A stretch of 64,000 nucleotides of DNA from Takakia lepidozioides (taxonomy: Eukaryota > Plantae > Bryophyta): positions 2,418,001-2,482,000 of the forward strand of contig CM060731.1 of assembly GCA_030704615.1 (NCBI GenBank), given 5' to 3'. The notes below the pieces were generated by a model that saw only the letters and a program-made list of their open reading frames with translations, made no database searches and had not been told where the DNA came from. A program made the translations under genes and the position numbers. This document shows, in pieces, positions 1 to 12,289 of the stretch. Within the stretch, counting starts at the first letter, position 1; every line of letters starts with the position of its first letter.

Positions 1-1879
1 TTTCCGTGGTTTCATGGCGGACAACGCACAAGAAAATTGTGTTGTCATCCGAAGGGTGTACGGGGAAGACCCCAATGTTTCTGCAGAGCTTGTCGCAGTA
101 CACAACCAAGCTCATGGCGCCAGATTTCAGAGAGGAGCACCGTTCCATGTGTCTTGCGTGGAAGCGTGCTCCCACCTTGGATGATGCAAAGACACAATTT
201 GCATGTATACGGGCTTGGTGGACAACGTCAAGTGCTGTTAAGAAATCAGACGAGGGAGCAATGGTCAGTTGGCTAGCATGGTGACATTATCGTTTCCTCC
301 AGTTCGGCGACTATATGCGGGAGGTGAGTTGGACAAATTCGCGTCCCGTTGAATATTATGCTAGTCATTATTTGTAACTTGCTTGTAACCTCAATATGTG
401 CATATGCATGAAATGTGTCTCGACTCCGACATCGACATGCCGACAACAAACATGGCCGAATCAATACATTCTTCCTGGCGTGCCTCCTCTGCGGCGCATC
501 TGGTGGACATCCTCACTGCCACAACGGAGGACATTGTGAGGTCAATTATGCAGCAATGCAGGTACAACGAGTTCTTGAAAGGGAAACAGTGGGGCTTGGG
601 GCCGGACAGACAGGAAATGCTGATGCGGACTGCCTCCAGATCAAAAAATCCTCAGAAGTAGGTGACAGCCTTGTGAGAGGGTCTTCAGGACACGCCATTG
701 CTTTGAAGAGGCCAACACTTGGAAGGAGATGCTCACACCCGTCCAGTGAGACGAAGACTTGACGAGACACCTGGCGGAGAAGAGGATTCATGGCGAGCTG
801 ACAAGAATATTCGCACGCTCCCTCGTGGTCCCGTGATGTTGCCCGAGGAGGTCTCGTCGAGCACCGCAAGTCCTGCACGTTCAAGATCGCCATCTCCTTT
901 GAGCACAGGGCACGTACCCGAGGAACATAACGAGCCATATGTAATAACGCAGTACAACATACCCATATGGAGACAAGAGTGTCGGAGTCACAGTGGAGAA
1001 TTGCAAGGACATTGCCGGCATTTCGAGGGAAGTGTTGCGCCATCCGGGTGGATACGAGAGCACGCTGTGGTAAGATGATTCGGAGGAACCCACACGGTGC
1101 TGTACTTGCACCTTGTTTCAGCGGCAGATTTTTGACTCCCACATTTTCTCACGCCACAACGCAGACGTTTTGGTTCTGTAGGCACGACATAATGACCTGT
1201 GTATTTGGCAAGCCCAAGTACGGGATTCAGGGAATGTCGGAGCCTCCGGGAGTCTGGCCTGCTGCACCGGGTTGCAACCTCTTTCAGAATGAGGCGAATG
1301 CTCTTTCTGCAGCATGATTTTGAATGGTGCAACGCACAGACGTCCCGGTCCACTCATTTCCAGTTCCTCAGACCTAACCAATGCAGACTGCTCGGTCCAG
1401 TAGAGACAGATTGGACAATTTTGCACATCCCACAAATGCGATTCGGAAGAGTGAAGAGATGACACCCTCCCAATAAGTTGAATGAGACTCGGATTGCCAA
1501 TGCTCTTGGGATGGCTTGCACTATTCAGAGCTCCATGGACGTACCCCTACCCGGCCTTGGGCGTGTTTATCGGATGGCAATGGCCGGCTCAGCTGTACGC
1601 GACGACGCATACACAATTACGATTGGAGTGGAGCCGACTTGCAATTGTACGGACTTCTCGTTGATGGAAGCAAAGAAGAGGTCAAAGTATTATCCGTGCA
1701 AGCATCTGTATTACATTTATCTGAAGAGGTTGAGGATGAATTTGACTATTGATGACTTTATTCATGCACCAGCGTTGAGCGTTAACGAGCTGCACAAACT
1801 CCTCCAAATTCCAGAAATCATTGATGGGGCAAATGGAATCCACAATATGGATATTTGCAATTGCATTTTGATGCATTAG
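1..1879 (+). pseudogene. Decayed Mutator-like (MULE) transposase, 3' part: end of DDE region, Cys-rich domain and SWIM zinc finger
   Basis: ORF pieces align by eye with the 58121-61631 transposase: HRSMCLAWK..IRAWW..WLAW vs HRKLCKEYK..IRAWW..WLAFW; TNMAESIHSSW vs CNLAETVHNAW (catalytic Glu); FWFC..D..CV.G; SWIM CNCTDF..PCKHLYYI. The intron donor is at the same position (GT at 324). Contains stops and frameshifts and is cut by the window edge. Confidence 0.85.
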
Positions 1880-2019
1880 ACTTTGTTTTGCAGTGTAATG
1901 AAATGCACCCCAAAACTCATGGAATAAGATAGACAATATTAAAGTATGTCTTTTAAACATTATGGACTGCTGGATATCCGTTGTCGTCCAGTAGCAATTC
2001 AATGTCGAAACAGAATCAA

Positions 2020-2643
2020 TACAAAGATGGCGGCAGGAAAAATTTGCAAATCTTCCAGAAAACTGAGTTCCAACAGTTGCAGTTGTGGGGGCAATTTCTG
2101 GAAAAATGGCGCCGAATTTCCCTATTTTGGGCCGAAAACTGGCTAAGTCCCAACATGTACGGGAATGATGTCTGGAAAAATGGCGCCGAATTTCTAGTTA
2201 CATGGCCCAGAACTGCCCAACATCTGTGCAATCTCCGGCACCATGTACCGAAATTCGGCGCCACATTTCCAAATTTTGGGCTTACACTTCAATCATGTTG
2301 GGACCTATAGCCACGAAATTCGACACCATTTTTCGCCAGAGACACCTATTACTGTGAAATACGTCGCAGATTTCTCCGGTTGCGGAATCTATTACCGCAA
2401 AATTCGGCGCCATTTTTGCAGATGTCACTCGGAATTCGCATGAGCGGAAGACGAAATATCATGAGCACGGCTCTCAAAACTACAATTTCTACTTCAAACA
2501 ATGAATATTATATTTTTTCTGACACATTCCATTAAAATAATATTTTTAATGTTTTTTATTTCCAGAATTTGTACTTCTGCTCATGAAAACCGATTGTCTT
2601 ACTACTCCGCTCATGCCGCTCATGCTCATGAAATAGCTACCTC
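2020..2643. repeat. Subterminal quasi-palindromic repeats (AAAATGGCGCCGAATTT and its inverse) and probable right terminus of the first MULE
   Basis: Copies near 2102, 2177, 2251, 2316 and 2400, in both orientations. CATGAGC/GCTCATG motifs run from 2439 to 2630 and end in AAATAGCTACCTC. Confidence 0.6.
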
Positions 2644-3240
2644 TTTGGTCTTTTAAGAGGGGGGGAATGGATGTGCATGCAACACCCGGTTCAACCAAGT
2701 CATATATGCAGTCGGTGAGCTAGTCAACTACTTATTTCAGCTTTCCATCCATTTGTAGATGGTTTAGGTTCCAAATTTACATTCTTTAGGGAGGCCCTGC
2801 TAGCTAGCAGAGCGCATCAAAGTGAGGTGGAGGCGGAAGAAACCCGTAAAAGGCAGCCATCACCCTCTTTATATTGTGTCTCAAGGCGGTGGTGGAGCCT
2901 TCTAGAAGGGGCCACCGCCTCATCCTCCTTATGGAAAGCTCTAGAACTAGAAGGAGGGCCCACCCTCCTACTTCTATGCTAGCTTCTACATAGCCTCCAT
3001 TCCTTCTTTCTCGCTTTACTTGACACCTCACAAGCCAAATTACCCCTACCCACACCCCTTTCTGCGCCATCCCATTCGTCCGACCATCCATCTCTTATTT
3101 TTGGAACTTCAAAAGAATCCCTCGTCAATGAAATTGCTCTACATATTTAAGGGGATCCCATAGTTTTATGTGGGTTGATTTGCATTCATGGTCGTCTTGT
3201 TTTGGCTTGGGCTCTTTAGCCTCTGGCATAAGGAAACACA

Positions 3241-3280
3241 GGGGCTACTATTTCATGAGCATGAGCGTCATGCTCACTCA
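3241..3280 (+). mobile_element. Probable left terminus of a related MULE-family element
   Basis: GGGGCTACTATTTCATGAGCATGAGCG closely matches the reverse complement of 2617-2643 (GAGGTAGCTATTTCATGAGCATGAGCG). Confidence 0.5.
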
Positions 3281-5851
3281 TACTGTAACACACTTAGCTT
3301 TATTCGCGGAAATAGGGTGTCATTTCCACGGAATTAGGGTACAGAAATACACCTTTGTAATGTTTTTGTACCTTAAGAGCCACCTTGTAATGTATTTGTA
3401 GCTTAGGTCTCCACCTTCATAACTGTTGAATTGATGATGGACAGAGGTATTAAGTGGGTGCGGCCATTTTAAAGAAAATCTTGGTGTCTTGTTGATAGTA
3501 CAAGCAATTCAGAAATGCAAATGGGGGTTGTGTTTATGACATGTCAGAAAACCTTCCAAACCTTAACCTACCAAACCCCTATAACTTATGAGCAGTGCGC
3601 CTGCATGCAGAATCCATGATGAGAAACCTAAACTGGAAGAAGGTGAAGCATATTTCCAGAGCAAGTTCAAATTAAAATTGCAAGTGAAAACTCTAAGTCC
3701 CAACAATTGCTAAGGCATATCGTGAACGGTAGACTTTGCGGCACCCATAACCGTGTAGTGTGAAAAGGTGGACGCGTTGCCGAAGCAAGCGTAACTTATG
3801 GTGTCGCTTGACCCCCATAGGGCTACTGCTTTCCAAGGAAGGTAGACACCGTAATGACTTCCAACAGGGTGGATTGAACCCACAACCACTCGTGAGAGGG
3901 TATTGTGCCCTTACCACTACATGTTGGTTGTCGTGTAGTGTGAACCAGCACCTGCACTGCCCGAAGATGAGGGTGAAGACCCTGTAGGGGAATCTACATC
4001 GCTGGTGGCATTTGCATCATGCTCACCACCAGCACTGCCAGAGCTATGCTCAAAATGTTCGTCTTCTCCATCAGGAACCCTCCACTGGACCTCTGATGAA
4101 TCATCCTCACCATCACTCTCCGATGCTGATTCTAACACATAAGGTCTAAGCCTTTTGGCCCTTCTAGACATCTTTTCCTCTTTTTTCCTATCCTTATATG
4201 CAGCCAGAACACGTTGCACTTTACTAGGCTTAAGGTGTCATCTGATAGAGGTCCTTGCAAGCTTGTCTACGTAGGGTGGCAACTCATAATTCTTAACTGG
4301 GCTAGGGAAGAAATCCGGCTGAGCATAGAACGGCTTCATGACACCACTGAGACGAACGGAAGGGGGTTCCCGCTCAATCGAATAATCAGTCCTGCACACA
4401 ACATGGAAGTATTATTACTTGAGTTAATTGAAAGAGGAGTCCAGGACTTCGGCTTTGTTCTGGGAAGGCATGCGCTGCAAGCCATCTAGAAGAGACTTCC
4501 AAACTACTGTATCCTCCTCAAATACGTGCCTGTGGGATTCTCGACCTGCCCACATGAAGGCCCCTGCAAAAGGAAACACGCACAATGTCCAGGAATGGCC
4601 AGGTATAAAGGCACAATTATCAACCCAGGGATACAGAAGTAGATTGGCAAACGAGAAAAAGGGGAACGACGAAAGTTGGGGGGGCAGCAAAGGTTCGGCA
4701 CAGTTATGCACACATGCACACAAAATTGCTGCCCAAAGGGAAATAACTGTCAATGCCTGTGGAAAGCTAGAGTTCTTTTCTTTGCACCTTTTGCCTGCTC
4801 GGCCATCTTCTTCGCCATCGTCTCTTTGATCACTGCTACTGCTTTGCTGGACTTGGCAAGTGCTTTCTCCTGCGACTTAGAAGCCCTCCAGTTGGATTCG
4901 CCTTGATTCTGTCCAATGCTTCCGACTTCAGTTGGGTCTCCTCTGGTGGCAGTTGGGGGGCAGTTGCGTTCAGGGCAGGTCTATGTACCACGGGCAATTA
5001 ACGAGATGCTATGCATGCCAGCCCTTGACAATCTCCTCGGAGTACATTGACGATTCTCCCCGTGGCGTCCGCCATGCCAAAAAAAATGGAGGCTCTCTTG
5101 GTATGGCTCCATTGGGAAGCAGCTCATACCGAATGTATCTGGACATGCAACAGGAAAGCACATCAGAAAGTGTCTACATATAACTACACAGTTATAAGCA
5201 TTGCAAACATGAAATAGCATGCTGTCGATGGCAGCTCGCAGTGGGGGGAGAGACCCATGAAAGACCCCTCACAGACCCATGAAAGAGCCTCCCAAACGCA
5301 GCAAATAGCTGCGCCGTTATTGGCAGCCCAACACTAGCAAACATGGAAGGAATGGGTGAGACATAGCATGAAATGCAATAACTGCACCGTTATTGTCCGA
5401 ATGCAGTGAAGTGATACTTACCATACAGGAACACACCGAAGATGGGAAATCACACTCAATCAGGGATGCAAGTCATAGAACGATGGTATAACTGTGCCTT
5501 TATATGCATGTTACCTGAATAAAACTCGCATGGCTGCCAATGTACCCCCCTCCTGCAATGTGCACATTTCTACGCGCCTTGGCCAGCTCCCTGAAGAAGA
5601 TGGATGTGAATGCAATGCACCACTTTTGAACGTAATTAGAAAGCGAGGCAGCTTTGTCGTAATCAATGGACAGCTTAAATTGGTTCGTCTGCACCTCCAG
5701 TTGTTCCTGTGCGTTTTGCATAACCTGACACAATGCAAACAAATATTCAGATGATGGGAACTACGTAGAGATAACATTATACCGTACTGACCTAGCTTAT
5801 TAGGCAATAATTAATTCAAATAATTCACATATCAAATAATATGTTTTTTTC

Positions 5852-6000
5852 AAAAGAAAATAACCTCAACAATAGTTTTTGAGGGAGGTCAAAAACAATT
5901 GTTGAGGTAATATCTATTTTCAAGACCATTATGGTTTTTTTAAAAGAAAATAACCTCAACAATAGTTTTTGAGGGAGGTCAAAAACAATTGTTGAGGTAA
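5852..6000. repeat. Two direct copies of a 59-bp unit, period 90
   Basis: AAAAGAAAATAACCTCAACAATAG...GTTGAGGTAA at 5852-5910 and 5942-6000. Confidence 0.9.
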
Positions 6001-6039
6001 CAATTGTTCCTATGCATTTTGCATAACGTGACACAATGC

Positions 6040-6182
6040 GTGGGGAAATCATGGATTGACCACATCAGTATGGCGCGTAGTTGGAAGGTCTGCTCAGCTC
6101 CTACGGGTTTCAACACATCGTGGGCTTTTACTCCAATCCAAAGTTGTTTAAGTTCTTCTATCAAAGGCTGAAGATATGATAC
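6040..6182 (-). pseudogene. CACTA/En-Spm transposase (Tnp2-like) fragment
   Basis: YLQPLIEELKQLWIGVKAHDV..FQLRAILMWSIHDFP matches YLMPLVEELLELWRGIAAHDV..FTLRAGLMWSIHDYP of the 48-50 kb CACTA transposase. Confidence 0.8.
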
Positions 6183-8389
6183 CATGAACAAGACTAGTAC
6201 CAAGACCAAGCACAAGGGCCAGGCCTACACACAACCTTCTTGATTTGCTCTCCAATTGAGCTTTGGTAATCTTATCCAATTGCATGTGATGGCAAAGCAT
6301 GGCAGTAATGGGGGCACCATTTTGCTTCTCAAATTGAGGTCGTGAACAACTTCAATTTTAGAGGCTCTCCTTGAATCAAATACATGGAAAACCAGTACAA
6401 GGACCAAGAATTATGACCGCAGACAACCAAGTAGACAAAATAGAAGGACCAAGTTGACACAAAGGAGAAAAGTTCAACATTCCTTAATTTGCTAGAGTAA
6501 TGTCATTCAATTGTGTGTGAACGCATGGAATGGCGCAAATAAGGGCTCTAAGATCAGGTATCCTGATGTTTAGTCTGTTCAGGAGTCAGCTTTGTCATGT
6601 TGCCTGAAACAAACATGTCCCCTCAGCTGTAGCCTTTTTTGATGGAATTGTAGCATAATTGTGCGGCTCCCACGGAATGAAGTACAAGGTAAACCAAGTA
6701 CAAAAAAGGCTCCAAGAGAGCCTTCGAAAATGAGGACGTCAACAACCTCAATCTCAAAGGCTCGCACAGAAACATCGCAGGGATACGTTATTTCCAAACC
6801 TTGCATCTTCTCGAACATATAGACTGTTGGGCACAGATTGGGAGACAAAGCAATTTGGCTCCCATCAGCCCCTTGAATTGAGGTCATTGATGATCACAAT
6901 CCCAGAGACTCATGAGTTGCCTCAGATGTTCCGTTTTTACCCTAGTTGAGGCACTGTTTTAGGAATAGTAGCTTCATTAGAATTTCCACAATTGCAGTCA
7001 TCAACAACCGCAATTCCGGATGGCTCCCACCAGAAAAATAAAATAAAACAGTTAAAAATAAATAATGATAGCCTCTGAAAGACGACCGCAATTTGTGAAG
7101 CTCTAATAAAGCTAATGCTCCCAAAATGGTGCTGCAACCAGGGTCCTCAGCGAGAAGACCTTGTCCATGATCTAGCCATGACCAATAAGAAGCCAAGACG
7201 AAGACCATGGACAAGTCTAGTCGAAGGACTAAGCATAAGGACATGGACACAACTTTTTTAATTTGTTGTCTAATCAAGCTTCTGTAATATGTTTTAACTA
7301 CACGTGATTGCAAAGCAAGACAAATCAGGGGCTCCAAATGAGCTTCTAAAACTGAGTTTGTCAACGGCTCTAAAATTGAGGTCATCGGGCTCTTACGGAA
7401 CCAAGTACAATGACAACAAAAAATAAGGACCAAGTTGAAGGACACGCAGGTTCCGAACAACATTCCTTTATTGCACGTGATTGCAAGACAAAAAACCAAT
7501 AGGGGCTCCAAGGGAGCCTTTAAAATTGATCATGTCATCAATGACCTCAATTGTAGAGGCTCACACGGACTACAAGGACATCCAAGCATAAGACCAAGTA
7601 GAATGACACAAATGACCAGAATAGCCTTTATTTATTTGTTGTCCAATTGAGCTATAATAATTATGTGATTGAAGTGCATGTGAATGCAAGGCAGGGCAAA
7701 GTGGGGGCTCCAAGAGAGCCTCTAAAATTGAGGTCGTCAACAACCTCAATCGCAGAGGTACTCTCGAAGCCATTGCATGGAGCTGATATATCCAAACCTT
7801 GTCTATTTTTGGACACAGATACACAGTTTGGCACAGACAAGGAGACAAACAATTTAGTTTTGCAACAGAGGAGCTCTTCTCTTGCACCGCGGGACGAGCT
7901 TCATGAGCATAACACTGAGACCTTGATTGCGAAAGAGCCACCTAGGCAACCTACTCCTCAGAGGGCGAAGAGGGATAGGAAGGGAAGAGATAACAAGAAG
8001 GGTAAGGATATCGTTCATCTTCTGGTAGAGCATATAGCACCAGATCATGGTAGGGCCAGAAGATGTTGCTGCAAGAGGCTTGTACAGTGAACATTTGTGT
8101 TTTGATCAATACGCCTAGTAGGAATGTGTGTTTTTCAAGCCCGACTCACGGTTGATGTGTTGTCCAGTTCTTTTCTCTTCTTCTCCATGGATGGTTCATA
8201 GCCTAGTTATCATTCCTGACGTGACGTGGCGCTGACACGTAGGCCGTCACGTCGAATCCGGACGTTTCCCCATGTAATTCTTTTTACATTTGACTTTTAC
8301 GATTTACTTCTACCATTTCTAATGACATGGCAGTCACGGCGTAAAACAGACGTGGCCAATTATTAATATTTAATAATCCTCTTAAAAAA

Positions 8390-9070
8390 TGCATCCGCCT
8401 ATATTGGCGGTCGCTTATAATTTATTTATTTTTAAATCAAGCGACCGCCCATATTGGCGGTCGTTTGTAATTTAATATTTTCTTAAATTTATATTGGCGA
8501 TCGTCGGTAATTTATTAATTTATAAATGAAGTGACTGCCCATATTGGCGGTCGCTTGTATTTTATTATATTTTAAAATAAGTGACCGCCTATATTGGCGG
8601 TCGGTTAAAGTTTATTATGTTTTAAATGAAACGACCGCCCAGATTGGCGATCGCTCGCACTTTATTATATTATATTTATTATATCTTTAATATATGGCGT
8701 AAAAATGCAGCGACCGCCATGTGGTGGTCGTTTTTTTTTTTTTATAATAAATTTAGCGACCGCCATTTAGCGGCGGTTGTTTATTTTTAGTTTGATTCTT
8801 AAATAAAGCGACCGCCGTTTGGTGGTCGTTTCTTTAATAAATTTTTTGTAAAATGCAGCGACCGCCATTTGGCGGCGGTCGCTTAATTTGATTTTGATTC
8901 TCAAATAAAGCGACCACCGTTTGGCGGTCGCTTACTTAATATATTTAAAGAAATGCAGCGACCACCATTTGGCGGCGGTCGCTTATTTATTTATTTATAA
9001 AATGCAGCGACATGGCGGTCGCTCTTCTTGTTTTTATAAATATAGCGATCGTCATGCGGCGGTCGCGTGT
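8390..9070. repeat. Array of about 14 GC-rich palindromes GCGACCGCC-N4-7-GGCGGTCGC with AT-rich spacers, period about 50 bp
   Basis: Copies near 8393, 8440, 8490, 8531, 8581, 8631, 8710, 8756, 8808, 8858, 8910, 8958, 9007 and 9044. Confidence 0.9.
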
Positions 9071-9699
9071 TTTTGTTTTTTTTGGAAATCCAGGGATCCG
9101 CCGTGTGCCGATCGTTTTAAAAAAAAAAATCATGAAGCGGCACCTCGCCAGCCACATGACGAGGCGCCACAGGTCAGGAAAACCGAAACAAATGGGATGG
9201 GGGGGGAGGTGGTTTTGAACCCTTGACCTCTCCCAGTGGGGTGCGCCTGGCGAGGTGCGACTGGCGTCGCACCGCGCTGACATGTGGCGAGGCACTAGTA
9301 GCCTGTTGCGCATTTTCAAGCATAATGTTATTTTGAGGGGGGGGCTGGTAAGCGCCTATATAAACCATTTTCCCCTCCTTTTTTGATCACTTTTGCCCCT
9401 CTCGTGGTGCGGTTTTTTCGGACTTCGTGCTTGGCACTGCCAACGAGAGGTGCAAAGGTGATTATTTGGGGGAGGAGAGGTTTTGACGGTTTTTTATTGG
9501 TCAGTCCCATACCCTTGTTCACGGTTCAATCATCGCGCTGTTTTTGGATCTCAAACGACCTGTTTTTTGCAGAAACTACGAAGACACCATCCACACGCAT
9601 CCATTGCCGTTTTCTAGGGTTTTGTCCCTTGTAGTGGGCAAAAGTTTATACAATGTCGGGGGTTGTGAATTCAAGTTCTGGGGCGAGGTCGTCTGGGGG

Positions 9700-11114
9700 T
9701 CGGAGGAAGAGAAAACGTGCCCACGAGCGGGATAGCCAGGTCAACAAGCCAGACTACCCGGGACCGGATGCCTTGGATATGGTGAAAGAAGTGGTAGTGG
9801 ATTATTCAAGGGTATGGACATGATGAGGCTGGAGAGTGCTTATGTCAGGCATGGATGGGAGGGGTTTCAGATTTTCCTGCAGAATATGGAGAGGAAAATG
9901 ACGAACGCTTTGGCGGGGGTTAAGTGGACGACGGACAGGGACAACCCGAAGTTCAATCGGTGGATCCAAAGCAGGGCGAAAGATGCCACGTGGAATTTGA
10001 GGCAACTAATGAAGACATGAAAGGGTAGAACAACCGAGGGTCGGATGCCCTCCGCCGAAGCTGAGTTAATGCGGCGTGTCGAGTATTGGGCTTGCTCGGC
10101 AAGTCAGAATTCACATCGCCAGACTAGGGTTGTCCCTTGGAAGACGGGGTCATCGAGCGGGGGAGGCACAATTGGTATTTATTACTTAAATTGAAGTACG
10201 AAAGTGGTAGAGATTGGCCCTTACAAAGAATGAGGGTATGCTAAGGTCCGTCAGTGTAGGATTGTTGGCGATTCTAGAATACCGGAGCGTTGGGAGCTAG
10301 CAGGAAAAAAACCCAAGTCCAAAAACAGAAAAGGCGTTGAGACAACATAACGACGAGTGTTTGGCAGTGAAGTTCCAACATCCGGGTGTTATCTCATATT
10401 TTGTTGTGAATGCACGTAAGGCAGAGGGTTACACTCGCTGGTGGAATGGGGGGACGATACGCGACATGATGAACCTTGACAGAAAATGGGGCAACGATTC
10501 GGACAACAGGGTGATTTTGGAACAAAAGGGAACGGAAGCAGATTCCAGGAATGCGATCGCTTGCTTCGTTTCCGGAAAGTGCACAGTAAACTTGCATGGG
10601 CACTAGTGTGCATCACGGATGTTGTCCACAAAAACGGTGTCATGCACAACGACTTGTCCCCCGATAAGATCTTGTTGCATTTTCCAGATGGCACCGAGGA
10701 GATCAAGATTGGGGTATATGATTAGGGCTTAGCCACCCCATTGGGCATACGCAAAGCCTCGTCGTACCAGTTTGAAAACCAAGACAAGCTGGACCGGAAA
10801 CTCGCGAAAAGATGGTGGGTGGAAAAAGATATTGCATCGATTTTTAATGCGAATGCCCCCCCCCCCCCCCCGACATGACGGCGGAGGCCTTTGCCATTGG
10901 GAAAATAGCGATACGACTAAATAGCGGCGCTCATTATGATCAAAGTATGTTCAAGGACCAATTTACGGGAGGTTGTTGGCATTCAATGCTACAAAGGTTG
11001 TACGACAACAACAAAAATGAGAGAGTCACATCAGCCCATGTAGTACTCCGGTTCATGGGAAGCCATTCAATTGGTTTGAGCCGAAAGACGTATATAGGAC
11101 GGAGTAGACCATAG
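9700..11114 (+). pseudogene. Apparently intronless protein kinase pseudogene
   Basis: Subdomains appear in order across frameshifts and stops: E*GYAKVRQC (Gly loop, about 10228), ELAGKK (Lys), HPGVI, WWNGGTI, HKNGVMHNDLSPDKILLHF (catalytic loop), IGVYD*GLA (DFG equivalent), AEAFAIGKI. The start boundary is approximate. Confidence 0.8.
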
Positions 11115-11189
11115 TCTCGTAGATATGAGATTTGTGGCGGTACAATGGTTCTTTTCTGAAGACATAACTCAATTTTGATCGTGCATGTA

Positions 11190-11690
11190 ATAAATAAAGT
11201 CTCATTGTAAATACTACATTGCATATGCTCGACCTTGGCACATATCATCGCAACATAAATGGTTTGTGTATTGTCACATTGTTTATATTTGTAATGTTCC
11301 AACGTTTCCGCTAGGGTTATGAGAAAACGATGTATTAGTTTCGTAGGAGTTAAACAACAAACGTCCCACATCTCAGTCGGATGTGCGACACTACCATGAA
11401 AGGCATGGATCGGAAAGTAATAGGTGCACATGCGACCTCCGAAGTCCAAATGTTTGATACTAGGTCCAACGGATGGTCTACTTGAACGTCCGGAGGTCGC
11501 ATGTACACCTATATGGAACGTTTGTTGTCTAAGTCCTACAGAACCAATATATCATTTTCTCAGTACCCTGTCAGAAACATTGAAACATTCGAACATACAA
11601 ACAATGACACAATACACGGCCAGTTTTGTTGAAATGACATCTGTGAGGTTCGAGCGTATGCAATTTATTATTTACAACAGAACTTTATTT
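11190..11690. repeat. Long imperfect inverted repeat (hairpin 1)
   Basis: 11193-11371 pairs with 11511-11688. Inner stem TAGGTGCACATGCGACCTCCG / CGGAGGTCGCATGTACACCTA spans 11421-11511. Confidence 0.85.
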
Positions 11691-11761
11691 ACTCAGGGGA
11701 CCGGTACTGCTGCTGGAGCGCAACTGATGGTGCGAGTTCTTTATTGATTGGAGCTGTCACA

Positions 11762-12137
11762 ACCAATGTCAACAATCATATTTACGGTAAGGTGTTTGAT
11801 GTTATTGTTGTTCCTCTAGCTGAATTTTGTAGTACTTTTTTTGCTACTCCCATGCCAACAACATCAGGTCCCCTGAGACTATCATGTTCAAACGAACGTA
11901 TCAGCCACCCCGGCCAGCTTGCAGCCACGACCCACCATAAATTGAATGAATTGGAGATTTGGTGCTCAGTTCTTGGTTTCATGTCCGTGATGACTGATAC
12001 GGAATTCGGAATATGGCAGTCCCAGTGGACCTGATGTTGTTGGCATGGGAGTAGCAAAACGATTCCTAAAGAAATCAGCTACATGAACATCGGCAGTATG
12101 AAACACCTTGCAGTACATATGATTATTGATATTGTTT
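11762..12137. repeat. Long imperfect inverted repeat (hairpin 2)
   Basis: TTTTGCTACTCCCATGCCAACAACATCAGGTCC (about 11839) pairs with GGACCTGATGTTGTTGGCATGGGAGTAGCAAAA (about 12027). Arms are about 145 bp. Confidence 0.9.
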
Positions 12138-12289
12138 GCACGGATTATTTGTGTTTGTGCCTTCAAGCGGCGAACATTTCCGCCATAGTGCGGAAGAGGT
12201 GCATTGGCCACATTAAACGGTTGATGTGATATCATTTCACAAATGTATCACATCGCATTTGTGAAAATGTATCACATGAACCGTTTCAT

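Noticed and set aside
3900-5760. Minus-strand gene remnants, possibly a CACTA accessory gene
   Set aside because: Too decayed, with no recognisable motif.
8390-9070. CRISPR array
   Set aside because: Repeats are degenerate and spacers are low-complexity AT tracts similar to one another.
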